IMG/VR virus record: IMGVR_UViG_3300020578_000044
DNA length: 64,000 nt
Reading direction: 5' to 3' (one strand)
Source: an uncultured virus (IMG/VR IMGVR_UViG_3300020578_000044)
Taxonomy: Duplodnaviria; Heunggongvirae; Uroviricota; Caudoviricetes
Below are positions 40,892 to 49,049 of the stretch, in pieces (the stretch's first letter is position 1; every line of letters starts with the position of its first letter). The notes under the pieces were generated by a model. It saw only the letters and a program-made list of their open reading frames with translations, was not told the origin of the DNA and made no database searches. The translations under genes and the position numbers were made by a program.

Positions 40892-41305
40892 TTATAGGCT
40901 AAATATTTTATATTGGTCATTGTTCCAGTTAATTGTAACTGAAATAGTTTCTGCTGTAGCAGATATGGGCAAACCAGTGGCTGTATCAATATAAGCTATT
41001 AATCTAGATGTTGAGGCAACACCTGTATCTCTGTAAATAACTAGATATGCAAAACCAGAATTGCCATAATCTTCTATTGTTATATTATCTGCGTCAAAAA
41101 TACCAAGAGAAGTTGATTTTTCAGTTAAAATACTTGAAGTTGCAGCAATAGCATCATTAGATATATCTGATAAAAATTGATCGGTATTTAAGTTAACAGA
41201 ATAATTATTTTTTACTAAAGCAATTTTTATTGTATTATCAGTTAGATCCAATAAACCCTCAAGTAAAGCTTCTTTGGCTTTGGCATAAAGTGCATTGGCC
41301 ATCAT
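40892..41305 (-). CDS. Conserved phage structural protein
   Basis: 137 aa; MANALY..AKE.LL....DL..NTIKIALV...FDAD pattern common in phage structural regions. Confidence 0.65.
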   Translation of the reverse strand: MMANALYAKAKEALLEGLLDLTDNTIKIALVKNNYSVNLNTDQFLSDISNDAIAATSSILTEKSTSLGIFDADNITIEDYGNSGFAYLVIYRDTGVASTSRLIAYIDTATGLPISATAETISVTINWNNDQYKIFSL

Positions 41306-42075
41306 GGGCCAACTTCTGAAGAAACAATTAACCTATACTTATAACCTGATTCAAAGTATTCTTTATTATCAGTATTATAAACTGGAGTAGCGTCATCGGA
41401 TGGAAAATCTATGTATACATCAGCTTTCCATGAATGCATTGATATTTCTGTATCTACAGTTTCCCATCTACATGGTGTTTTCTGTATTTTCTTTTTTTGA
41501 GCCTTAAAATACTTTGAGGTCAAAAAGTTTGAAGCTGGGCGAGAGCTAAAGCTTATAGTAACTCTTCCGTTGTTTTCATCATTATAGATATAAAAACTAC
41601 CAGTTAAAGGATCTGTTGAAATTATGTAAAAATCTGGATTTTTTGCTAAAATCTGATAACCAGTCTCTATATCCACCCTAACTGATTTATCTTCAACTAA
41701 AACCTCATTAAGAACAGTACCCTGAACCTCCTGGAGAATAGATGGTGTAGCGGAATTGGTCTGACTCGCAAAATTAATTTGTTCTTCTGGAATAGTTAAA
41801 CCAGAAGAATCTACTAAATTAGCTACTTTTATAATATAATCTGAACCAGAAGATAGTACAACATTCCAATAAAGAGTTAAAGTTCTACTAATCTGATTAT
41901 AATCAGTTATTGTATTTATAGTTCTAAAAGCAGAACTAATTTCAACTGGTGTAGCAGCATCAGTAAATAATTTAAAGTTAGCGTTTACTAAAGAAGCTAT
42001 TTTTATTGTTCTACCAAATTTAATATTAACTGTATTAACAGTTACGGTAGCGTTGTCTATTAAATACAAGCTCAC
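41302..42075 (-). CDS. Ig-like beta-rich structural protein
   Basis: 257 aa, two beta-sandwich-like halves, directly after the MCP terminator. Confidence 0.6.
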   Translation of the reverse strand: MSLYLIDNATVTVNTVNIKFGRTIKIASLVNANFKLFTDAATPVEISSAFRTINTITDYNQISRTLTLYWNVVLSSGSDYIIKVANLVDSSGLTIPEEQINFASQTNSATPSILQEVQGTVLNEVLVEDKSVRVDIETGYQILAKNPDFYIISTDPLTGSFYIYNDENNGRVTISFSSRPASNFLTSKYFKAQKKKIQKTPCRWETVDTEISMHSWKADVYIDFPSDDATPVYNTDNKEYFESGYKYRLIVSSEVGP

Positions 42076-42103
42076 TCAGTACACTCCATTAATAAAACCT
42101 AAT

Positions 42104-42113
42104 TTAATAGTAA
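42104..42113 (-). promoter_or_regulatory. Putative phage late promoter (TTACTATTAA)
   Basis: 29 nt upstream of the 42075 start, just past the MCP terminator. Confidence 0.6.
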
Positions 42114-42120
42114 CAAACCA

Positions 42121-42168
42121 AAACAAATAAAAGCATAGGGGGTAGCAGATTTCTCTACTACCCCCTAG
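42121..42168 (-). terminator. Rho-independent terminator after major capsid gene
   Basis: Minus strand TAGGGGGTAGTAGA-GAAA-TCTGCTACCCCCTA then GCTTTTATTTGTTT; a second weaker hairpin at ~42172-42201. Confidence 0.85.
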
Positions 42169-42208
42169 CTATAGGGTTAAATCGCAACTATAACAACCCT
42201 AAGGTCTA

Positions 42209-43267
42209 TCAGGTTGCCTCGTTGGTAACCATGATTTCGTAGTTACGGCTTAGTCTGACATTCTTGGCTACAGTAATACCTTCACCATCACCTAGCATTA
42301 CGATGTCATAGCGCTCCTTCATCTTCAACGAACGAAGATCGCGGCTTGGATCATCGAATTGGTCGGTGCTCATGTCGTCCTTAACCAGTAGTGTACCTAC
42401 CTCGTTACGGTCAATCAGGAACAAATCTGACTTAGCTGCATTTGCACCACTCTTAGCGGTAAAGCTTACGAATGGCGAAACAAGGACGTTTAATCCCATT
42501 GGGGCTGTTGCATTAAGAGCGCCCTGAGCTGACTGAGGACGGTAACCCCAACTTGTGCCAACAGCAGAAGCTGCACCGCCGGCGTGGAAGATGGAATCCT
42601 TAAGGAATACCGACCACATTAGGGGGTGAAGAATAAAGTCTGTTGGTACATGATTTTCAGCCATCAGAACAGCAGCCATATCTACAATGTTATCCCAGGT
42701 AATTGTCTTATTGGCAACGCCGTTAATGTCAAAACCTGTTGTATCATCATATGAACCACTATCATTGTCAAAAACGATAGTAGCTGCGTCCTTAAAGCGA
42801 CTAAGTGCTATTTGCTCTTTCAAGCGAGCCATGGCACGACCGGCTGCACGAACATGTAGACCGACAATGTCCCAAAGTGAATCGGCAATTACCTCTTCTG
42901 TAAAGGCGAGCTTAACGCCTTTCTTTGAAACCTTACCTTCTACCTGCTTTGCAAAAGCGAGTGCTTGCTCTGGATACTCTTGTCCTTCTGGGATCTCTGC
43001 TGCTTGGATTGCATTGACTGCTGGGAACTCCAAAGAGCGCCCCTTGCCGAGGCGAACTGTAGAAAGAAGAGGCGTAACCAGCAATTGTGGCTCAGCTGCT
43101 TCTCTTAGCGTACGAGAGAGAACTTTGGGGAAAAGAGCTGCTGCGTCTGGTGAAGCAAAAGCCTCCTTAATGGTTACTCTATTGTCTGCATCGATATACC
43201 CGTCCTCAGTCATTGCAGTCTCCCAAGCTGGGAGACCACAGAGGAGCTCTTGGATTGTCTTACTCAT
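42209..43267 (-). CDS. Major capsid protein (HK97 fold)
   Basis: 352 aa; AEIPEGQEYPE, KKGVKLAFTEEVIADS, PTDFILHP, KMKERY; strong AGGAGG SD; terminator downstream. Confidence 0.9.
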   Translation of the reverse strand: MSKTIQELLCGLPAWETAMTEDGYIDADNRVTIKEAFASPDAAALFPKVLSRTLREAAEPQLLVTPLLSTVRLGKGRSLEFPAVNAIQAAEIPEGQEYPEQALAFAKQVEGKVSKKGVKLAFTEEVIADSLWDIVGLHVRAAGRAMARLKEQIALSRFKDAATIVFDNDSGSYDDTTGFDINGVANKTITWDNIVDMAAVLMAENHVPTDFILHPLMWSVFLKDSIFHAGGAASAVGTSWGYRPQSAQGALNATAPMGLNVLVSPFVSFTAKSGANAAKSDLFLIDRNEVGTLLVKDDMSTDQFDDPSRDLRSLKMKERYDIVMLGDGEGITVAKNVRLSRNYEIMVTNEAT

Positions 43268-43300
43268 CTTAGGAATATTCCTCCTGTGTTATTGTTTTGA

Positions 43301-44071
43301 TTAGAGTGTCAAATTGACGCGGAAAGCACCAGTGACATTATATACATCTAGGTTGGCACGGATACCGAGCTTGCCCTTATGGCTTCCGCTACGAGTAAGT
43401 TCGTATACGGTTTTTAGTGCACCTGGATCTGATGGGAGCTGCATGTAGCTAAGGAGGCCATCATCGAAGTTTGTAGCAAACTTCTCAACCTCAATAACCT
43501 TACCGACCTGTAGGTAGGCGTATACAGCTGAACTGTTATAAAAATCAGCTGCAGCTGCAGCCACTGGACGTCCCATAAAATCAGAACGGATTAGTGACCC
43601 AACTGTTACATCGTCATTGATACCAGCAACCATGGGGTACTCTACATAACCATGGGTGATAAAGCCAGCACCTTGTGATGTGCCCTTATCAAATGGCCTA
43701 TAGAGATCATATTGTGCGCAACCGATAGGAATTGAACGAGCCGGAACTGTGACTGTGTCACTTGAACCAGTTGTTGATGTTGGTGTAGCACCGTCTAGTG
43801 GATTCCAGCTTGGCATTACATCACCATAGCTCTTGCTAGATGATGTACCATTCGCTGGTACCACACGGGCATCACCGTTGCTATCGGCAACCACGGAAAG
43901 AATGGTACCCTTAGGAATAACAATCTCGAAACGATCATCTTCGCTATCTAGATACCATGTTGGCAAACCAGGGTGGGGAAGCAGGTATGCACTGGGGGCT
44001 ATGCCCTCAGAAACAACAAACCGGCCAGCGCCTGTCTTGCTATGAACCTTACGGAACTTTGCTAAACTCAT
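43301..44071 (-). CDS. Capsid decoration/cement protein
   Basis: 256 aa between protease/scaffold and MCP; IVIPKGTIL..V....VVPANG; elevated GC like the MCP. Confidence 0.65.
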   Translation of the reverse strand: MSLAKFRKVHSKTGAGRFVVSEGIAPSAYLLPHPGLPTWYLDSEDDRFEIVIPKGTILSVVADSNGDARVVPANGTSSSKSYGDVMPSWNPLDGATPTSTTGSSDTVTVPARSIPIGCAQYDLYRPFDKGTSQGAGFITHGYVEYPMVAGINDDVTVGSLIRSDFMGRPVAAAAADFYNSSAVYAYLQVGKVIEVEKFATNFDDGLLSYMQLPSDPGALKTVYELTRSGSHKGKLGIRANLDVYNVTGAFRVNLTL

Positions 44072-44089
44072 TTTCTATCTCCTTAATTA

Positions 44090-45709
44090 TTAAAGTTTAC
44101 GTCTGCCCATTAGAGCATCTACTAAAACCTGTTCAAAAGAATCTACGGAAGAAACAGGCTTGCCAATTTCTTCTTCTTTACCAAGAGTCAAAACATTATC
44201 CTCTAACTTATTTACCTCTGCCTCAGAAGTAACTTCTGGCATTCCAACAAAATTAGAAAGTCTTTTATTAAGTTTTGCAGGAGTCTTAGCCAAATCTCTA
44301 AGAGTATCAGCTAGTGATGAGGCCGTGCGAGCAACGTGCTCTTCGATCAACTTTTCGCGATCATCAACAGACTCAAAACCTAGACTAATCTTGGTATCGA
44401 CAACTCTTTCAACCAAAGTTCTATGTAAAGCACTCTTAAGCTTTGCATTTTCTTCTTCAAGAAGCTCAATTCTAGCCTTAAGTGGATTGATGTCTTGCTC
44501 AACGCCCTCTTTGTTATCGCTGAGCTGATCAATCTCTTCGGCCTCTTCTTGATTCTCATCAGTCATTTCGACCAATGACTCTTCTGGCTTTTCAGCATTT
44601 TCGGAATCTACAATCTGTACATCCGCCTCTTCTGAATCGTCAGCTGAGTTCTTTTCTTGCGAATCTGTTGAAGCAGACTCTTCTGAAACCTCTTCCGCTT
44701 TCTCTTCTGAAAACCCTTCGGCAACGTCTTGATCGGTTGCCCCTAAAGTGTCTTCGGAAGAAGAAGCTGCTATATTAGAGAGATCCTCGCTTAAGCCTTT
44801 GGCTACAGCCAGAATATCCTCTTCTTTATTAACATCTTTCATGCTATGAGTCTCCTCAGAATTATTTTTTTCAGAATCTTCATTGGATAGTAATGAATTA
44901 GAATTAATTATATAACTTTCACTTTCTTGAAGGGCTAGCGCTGTTAAAAATGCACCCTTTAAGTGTAGATAAATTGGTTTAGATTCTTTCTTTTTCATAT
45001 CTGAAAAAATTGATCTATTTTCCTCAATTGAGACAATATCTTCATTATCCATACTTAAAATAAAAGCAGAGCTTTTTGCCATCCAGTCATCGGAATCTGA
45101 AAGCTCTGCTTTACCGTCTTGAATCTTTGTAGATCTAACTCCAGATTTTTGATCTGCTGGTTGATTAACAAATGAATACTCTTTAAATGATATATCTTGC
45201 ATATCAATGTAGGCAAGTTTGCCTTTGTAAACCTTACCTCTTTTAAACTTTGGCATACGAGGACGACCGGAATCATCTTCGGTAGCTAGATCGTCACCAG
45301 ATATGCTGCAAACAGCTTTTGCAGCTCTTCCCCCAACTGAGCCAGTTAAATATCTTTTATCAACAACTTTTTGAGCTGCGACAGGATCAGTGATTGCAAT
45401 TTGCAATCTTACAAATGCACTTCCGTCCGACTCTTTATCCATTTTAGCTGCCATGACCCTGCCAATTGGCTCTGCGTTTAAATCGTGGTTAAGAATGATG
45501 GGTTTTGGATAAGGCTCAACCCATGACTGCAAAGCTTTTTCTAACTCTAAAGCTGAATAGTGGTTATAATTAGCAGTCAAACCCTCGTGTATTGCGGCAA
45601 CCTCGATTATTAAACCGTGCTTGGAGTTAAATGACTCCGAAAAATCTATATCTGATTTCGAAAAATCAGGAAGCTGTAATATAAAGTTTTCCACAAAATC
45701 AAAAGACAT
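44090..45709 (-). CDS. Prohead maturation protease fused to scaffold
   Basis: 539 aa; PIILNHD, PIGRV, YLTGSVG, EYSFVNQPAD protease motifs; acidic and coiled-coil C-terminal half. Confidence 0.85.
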   Translation of the reverse strand: MSFDFVENFILQLPDFSKSDIDFSESFNSKHGLIIEVAAIHEGLTANYNHYSALELEKALQSWVEPYPKPIILNHDLNAEPIGRVMAAKMDKESDGSAFVRLQIAITDPVAAQKVVDKRYLTGSVGGRAAKAVCSISGDDLATEDDSGRPRMPKFKRGKVYKGKLAYIDMQDISFKEYSFVNQPADQKSGVRSTKIQDGKAELSDSDDWMAKSSAFILSMDNEDIVSIEENRSIFSDMKKKESKPIYLHLKGAFLTALALQESESYIINSNSLLSNEDSEKNNSEETHSMKDVNKEEDILAVAKGLSEDLSNIAASSSEDTLGATDQDVAEGFSEEKAEEVSEESASTDSQEKNSADDSEEADVQIVDSENAEKPEESLVEMTDENQEEAEEIDQLSDNKEGVEQDINPLKARIELLEEENAKLKSALHRTLVERVVDTKISLGFESVDDREKLIEEHVARTASSLADTLRDLAKTPAKLNKRLSNFVGMPEVTSEAEVNKLEDNVLTLGKEEEIGKPVSSVDSFEQVLVDALMGRRKL

Positions 45710-45736
45710 GAATTCCCCTATTGATTAATATCTATT

Positions 45737-45746
45737 TTAATAGTAA
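45737..45746 (-). promoter_or_regulatory. Putative phage late promoter (TTACTATTAA)
   Basis: 28 nt upstream of the protease start, intergenic. Confidence 0.6.
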
Positions 45747-45785
45747 GTTTGTTTTTATAACATTGAACAATTTTATATAAATATA

Positions 45786-46565
45786 TCACACTTTAGCATA
45801 GTTTTCAAAAATTAATTCAGATCTCTCATCTCCATGCTTTAGATATTGACGGTACATCACTTCAGACATTATATGTGGAGCATATATATAAGAGGCACAG
45901 TACAAATTATACCCTGCCTCTTTACAAGACCATGACCAACTAACATCTTCGCCCTGCTCATGGATTCTATAGTTTATACTAGAGTATACTTTTTTGCTCA
46001 TCATTTTTGCTGCCATAATTACATCAGACTTAAAATAAGTTCCAAGAGAATACTGCTCTTGTCTAAAAGCTTTTCCGGGGACATCTGATCTCCATGTCAT
46101 AACACTGGGGTACATTGTTCCAAACGGAGTCATGAACATTAGTGGATTAACGGCATCTGCGCCAGATTTAATATGAGCTATTAATAATTCTATTGTGTTT
46201 GGATTGACTAGAAGTATATCTGAATCTAAACTAAAATAATAATCAGGATTGATATCTCTTACTGTTTTTAATAAAGAATTTCTTAGTGACACCATATTTT
46301 CATATTTAGAAATAGTCCATTGTCTTCCATTGTTTTCATGCTGGAAATGAGGTATGTCTTCTCTTATGTTTATATAAAAATAAGGTATTCTATTATCGTA
46401 TTTCTTCCAAGCTTCAAGACAATTTATTGTTTCTGTATCATCTGGTGAAACTTCAAATACAAAACCAATATCCTTAAGTGAAACAGACTGGCTAGCAATA
46501 CATCGGATCCAGTCAGGCAATATCCAGGATCTCTTATACATTGGGCAACCTATTAAAAGCTTCAT
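45786..46565 (-). CDS. GT-A fold glycosyltransferase (GT2-like)
   Basis: 259 aa; KLLIGCP N-terminal strand, YYFSLDSDILL (DxD), GEDVSW. Confidence 0.85.
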   Translation of the reverse strand: MKLLIGCPMYKRSWILPDWIRCIASQSVSLKDIGFVFEVSPDDTETINCLEAWKKYDNRIPYFYINIREDIPHFQHENNGRQWTISKYENMVSLRNSLLKTVRDINPDYYFSLDSDILLVNPNTIELLIAHIKSGADAVNPLMFMTPFGTMYPSVMTWRSDVPGKAFRQEQYSLGTYFKSDVIMAAKMMSKKVYSSINYRIHEQGEDVSWSWSCKEAGYNLYCASYIYAPHIMSEVMYRQYLKHGDERSELIFENYAKV

Positions 46566-46927
46566 TGGGGATTTTTAGTCTCCTCAGCCTTCATCTCGGC
46601 ATCCTTTGCTTCTTCGATTACAGGCATATCGTCCTTTTTTACCTCTTCTTTGACATAAGACTGCATAGGCTGGTCTAGTACGATGGGCTCTTTATCTTGC
46701 GTATTTTCAGGTGCATCAGCTTCATTATAAATACTATTATCAACTGAATAAACAATATCTTCTAAATCCATAACTCTTTGTGTTAATTCAGAAACAAGAT
46801 CCAAAACGACTTGAAGAGCAAGTCTTGTTTGACCATTTTCTACGGCTTTCTCTAAGGCTTCAATCGAATCATCTGTTGCCAAATAAGCTACTAACTGTTC
46901 ATTCTTGAGTGTTGGGTTGATCGACAT
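46562..46927 (-). CDS. Acidic hypothetical protein
   Basis: 121 aa; overlaps the portal and glycosyltransferase genes; AAGGA SD. Confidence 0.65.
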   Translation of the reverse strand: MSINPTLKNEQLVAYLATDDSIEALEKAVENGQTRLALQVVLDLVSELTQRVMDLEDIVYSVDNSIYNEADAPENTQDKEPIVLDQPMQSYVKEEVKKDDMPVIEEAKDAEMKAEETKNPQ

Positions 46928-48563
46928 GATTATATTCCTTTTCCTCTTTTGTATAAACTATAGTATACTCTGATTCAAGGGCATTTTCAACTAATGTCAG
47001 CCATGTATTATCGGATCTTCTTATGTTTGGTGAAATATTTCTACCTTGCTGATTTGCGGGACGAGTTGCATTGCCAACTCCTCTTCTGTTATTTGGTAGA
47101 TTTCTTTGACCCTTTTGTGCAGAAGGCTGTTTATCGCCATCTCTTAGCACATCTTTTGGTTCCGCCTTAGTCATTGTCAGCTCAGCTTGATTTTTTGCTA
47201 AATCCATCTGCACTTTACCCTGTATAGCGGCAAACATTTCCTCTTGTTCATAATCAGGATTTAATCCCAGTTCTAATCTTGCTTCTTTTATGGAAATCAT
47301 ATTATTGACATATTTTTGTATAACATGTGTTTCCTTTTTAACCTGGGTATCAACATCAATCTCGTTAAACTTAAAATAACACCTATCAGATAAACCTTCT
47401 TCTAGCGGAGTGGTTACGGGATCAAATCCGCCTTCAAGTAAAAGTTCATTGAATATATGCACCCTAATCATTTCTGCAACTATTTTTTGATACTGTTTAA
47501 TCTTATCGTACAGAGCGGTGTCGAGACGATCTGACACTGCTCTGTTTCCGCCATTCATCGTCATACCCAGGTGATGAGGGGCAACACCCAAACCAACAGC
47601 AACTCTTTCCTTGAAATGCTCCAGGTACTTTGAGGCATCTAGTGCGGTATTGTTTGCTCCAATTACCTCAATATTATGTCTATAAGGAAGTATTAAACCC
47701 CCCTCCGATCTTAGGGACTCTATCTCGGACGCAGCGTTAGAGATTTCTTGCGGCTCTGCTGGTTGATCTGCTGTACCTATAATATATTTGTATAATGGAA
47801 ATAGTTCTCTATGAACTAAATTTTGGATATCCTCCTCTATTTGACGCAAAGCTACAACATCGTCTAAAACCGAACTTAAGAACGGCGTGCCAAAAGCTCT
47901 TCCAGATTTTTTATCCAAATACATATGTATGACACGATCAGCTGACCACACAGGGTCTCGTTCTGACGGCATATAGGTTAATGGATCCGTAGCCTGCTGA
48001 TATGATCTTGGTCTATTAAACTTATCTCTTAAAATTCTTACCTGTTCTGTTGGAATTAAGTAATAACCAACTACTGGTTGAGCTGCATTGACGCCTGATA
48101 TTGATATTGGGAAATATTCAGATATATCACCCCTAGCTTTAACAATAAACACATTTGCATATTTAACAATATGTTCTGTAATTTCAATAAGAAAATCTAG
48201 AAATGGTCTTTTCATAGCCATTTCCATATAATCTATTCTTTGATATAAATACGATACAGCTTCTGGATTTTCGCCTACTATTGACCAGTTTTCCTTCCAG
48301 AATAATTCCTTATATTTATTTATTGCCTGCTTCACATAAGAATCCGTATCAGCTGCTTGCATAATCCTATCAAAATCATAGGGAGAAGGCTCAAAGGTAG
48401 CTCTATTATTATAATAATAGGTGTTACCCTGGAAACCAAGTGCGAGAGCAGCCACTTTCATAGCTTTGTTGATGGAACTTATCTCTTCTGGCTTTAGAGC
48501 TTTTGCTACAAAGTTATTTTTTTTATCGACTTGCCTAAAAGGCAAGAAATCAGCAACTGCCAT
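46899..48563 (-). CDS. Portal protein
   Basis: 554 aa; DSYVKQAINKY, VIH.....GRAFGTPFL..VLDD, LGVAPHHLG, ISIKEARLELG; upstream of the protease. Confidence 0.88.
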   Translation of the reverse strand: MAVADFLPFRQVDKKNNFVAKALKPEEISSINKAMKVAALALGFQGNTYYYNNRATFEPSPYDFDRIMQAADTDSYVKQAINKYKELFWKENWSIVGENPEAVSYLYQRIDYMEMAMKRPFLDFLIEITEHIVKYANVFIVKARGDISEYFPISISGVNAAQPVVGYYLIPTEQVRILRDKFNRPRSYQQATDPLTYMPSERDPVWSADRVIHMYLDKKSGRAFGTPFLSSVLDDVVALRQIEEDIQNLVHRELFPLYKYIIGTADQPAEPQEISNAASEIESLRSEGGLILPYRHNIEVIGANNTALDASKYLEHFKERVAVGLGVAPHHLGMTMNGGNRAVSDRLDTALYDKIKQYQKIVAEMIRVHIFNELLLEGGFDPVTTPLEEGLSDRCYFKFNEIDVDTQVKKETHVIQKYVNNMISIKEARLELGLNPDYEQEEMFAAIQGKVQMDLAKNQAELTMTKAEPKDVLRDGDKQPSAQKGQRNLPNNRRGVGNATRPANQQGRNISPNIRRSDNTWLTLVENALESEYTIVYTKEEKEYNHVDQPNTQE

Positions 48564-48590
48564 ATGTGTTCTCCAATATAAAAGCTACTG

Positions 48591-48599
48591 TAATAGTAG
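48591..48599 (-). promoter_or_regulatory. Putative phage late promoter (CTACTATTA)
   Basis: 28 nt upstream of the portal start, with an A-tract further upstream. Confidence 0.5.
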
Positions 48600-48622
48600 C
48601 TCTCTGGATTTTTTTTTATAAG

Positions 48623-48835
48623 TTACTGGCCAGATTGCTGTGATCTAGCAAATGCGTTATTTAAAATGAGGGCTTTGACAGATTCCATCCAGAAAATAGT
48701 TTCTGCTTCATTAAAATCACTCTTATATTGTAGGTTTGCATCTGAAATCTTAATTTCAATTGTAAACTCTTTTTTCGCTTCAGTTGCTTCTGGTACCTCT
48801 GTTGCCTCTGTTATCTGTGACATTTTTATCCTCAC
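48623..48835 (-). CDS. Small hypothetical protein
   Basis: 70 aa on the coding strand; real start may be the internal MSQ. Confidence 0.6.
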   Translation of the reverse strand: MRIKMSQITEATEVPEATEAKKEFTIEIKISDANLQYKSDFNEAETIFWMESVKALILNNAFARSQQSGQ

Positions 48836-49017
48836 TTAAACTCTTCTGGTTTATCTACTTTTGTTTGTTTTACTGGCTTTACGTTTTCAGTTAACTGCTG
48901 AATCTGTGCTGTCAACTGCTTAATTGTTGCCTCTTTAATAACTATTTCAGTCATCATTTGAGACATACGCTCATTAAATACTTGAATCAATATATTAATA
49001 TCAAGATCATTATTCAT
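48832..49017 (-). CDS. Small coiled-coil protein
   Basis: 61 aa with heptad pattern; AGGAG SD; follows the fiber gene. Confidence 0.65.
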   Translation of the reverse strand: MNNDLDINILIQVFNERMSQMMTEIVIKEATIKQLTAQIQQLTENVKPVKQTKVDKPEEFK

Positions 49018-49021
49018 GATT

Positions 49022-49049
49022 ACTCCTTAAATAGGAGTCTATTATATCA
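49022..49049 (-). promoter_or_regulatory. Extended -10 (TGATATAAT) plus SD-sequestering hairpin
   Basis: Minus strand TGATATAAT-AG-ACTCCT-ATTTA-AGGAGT-AATC-ATG. Confidence 0.55.

Noticed and set aside
42687..43304. 205-aa plus-strand ORF
   Set aside because: Antisense shadow of the MCP caused by codon bias; no recognisable motifs
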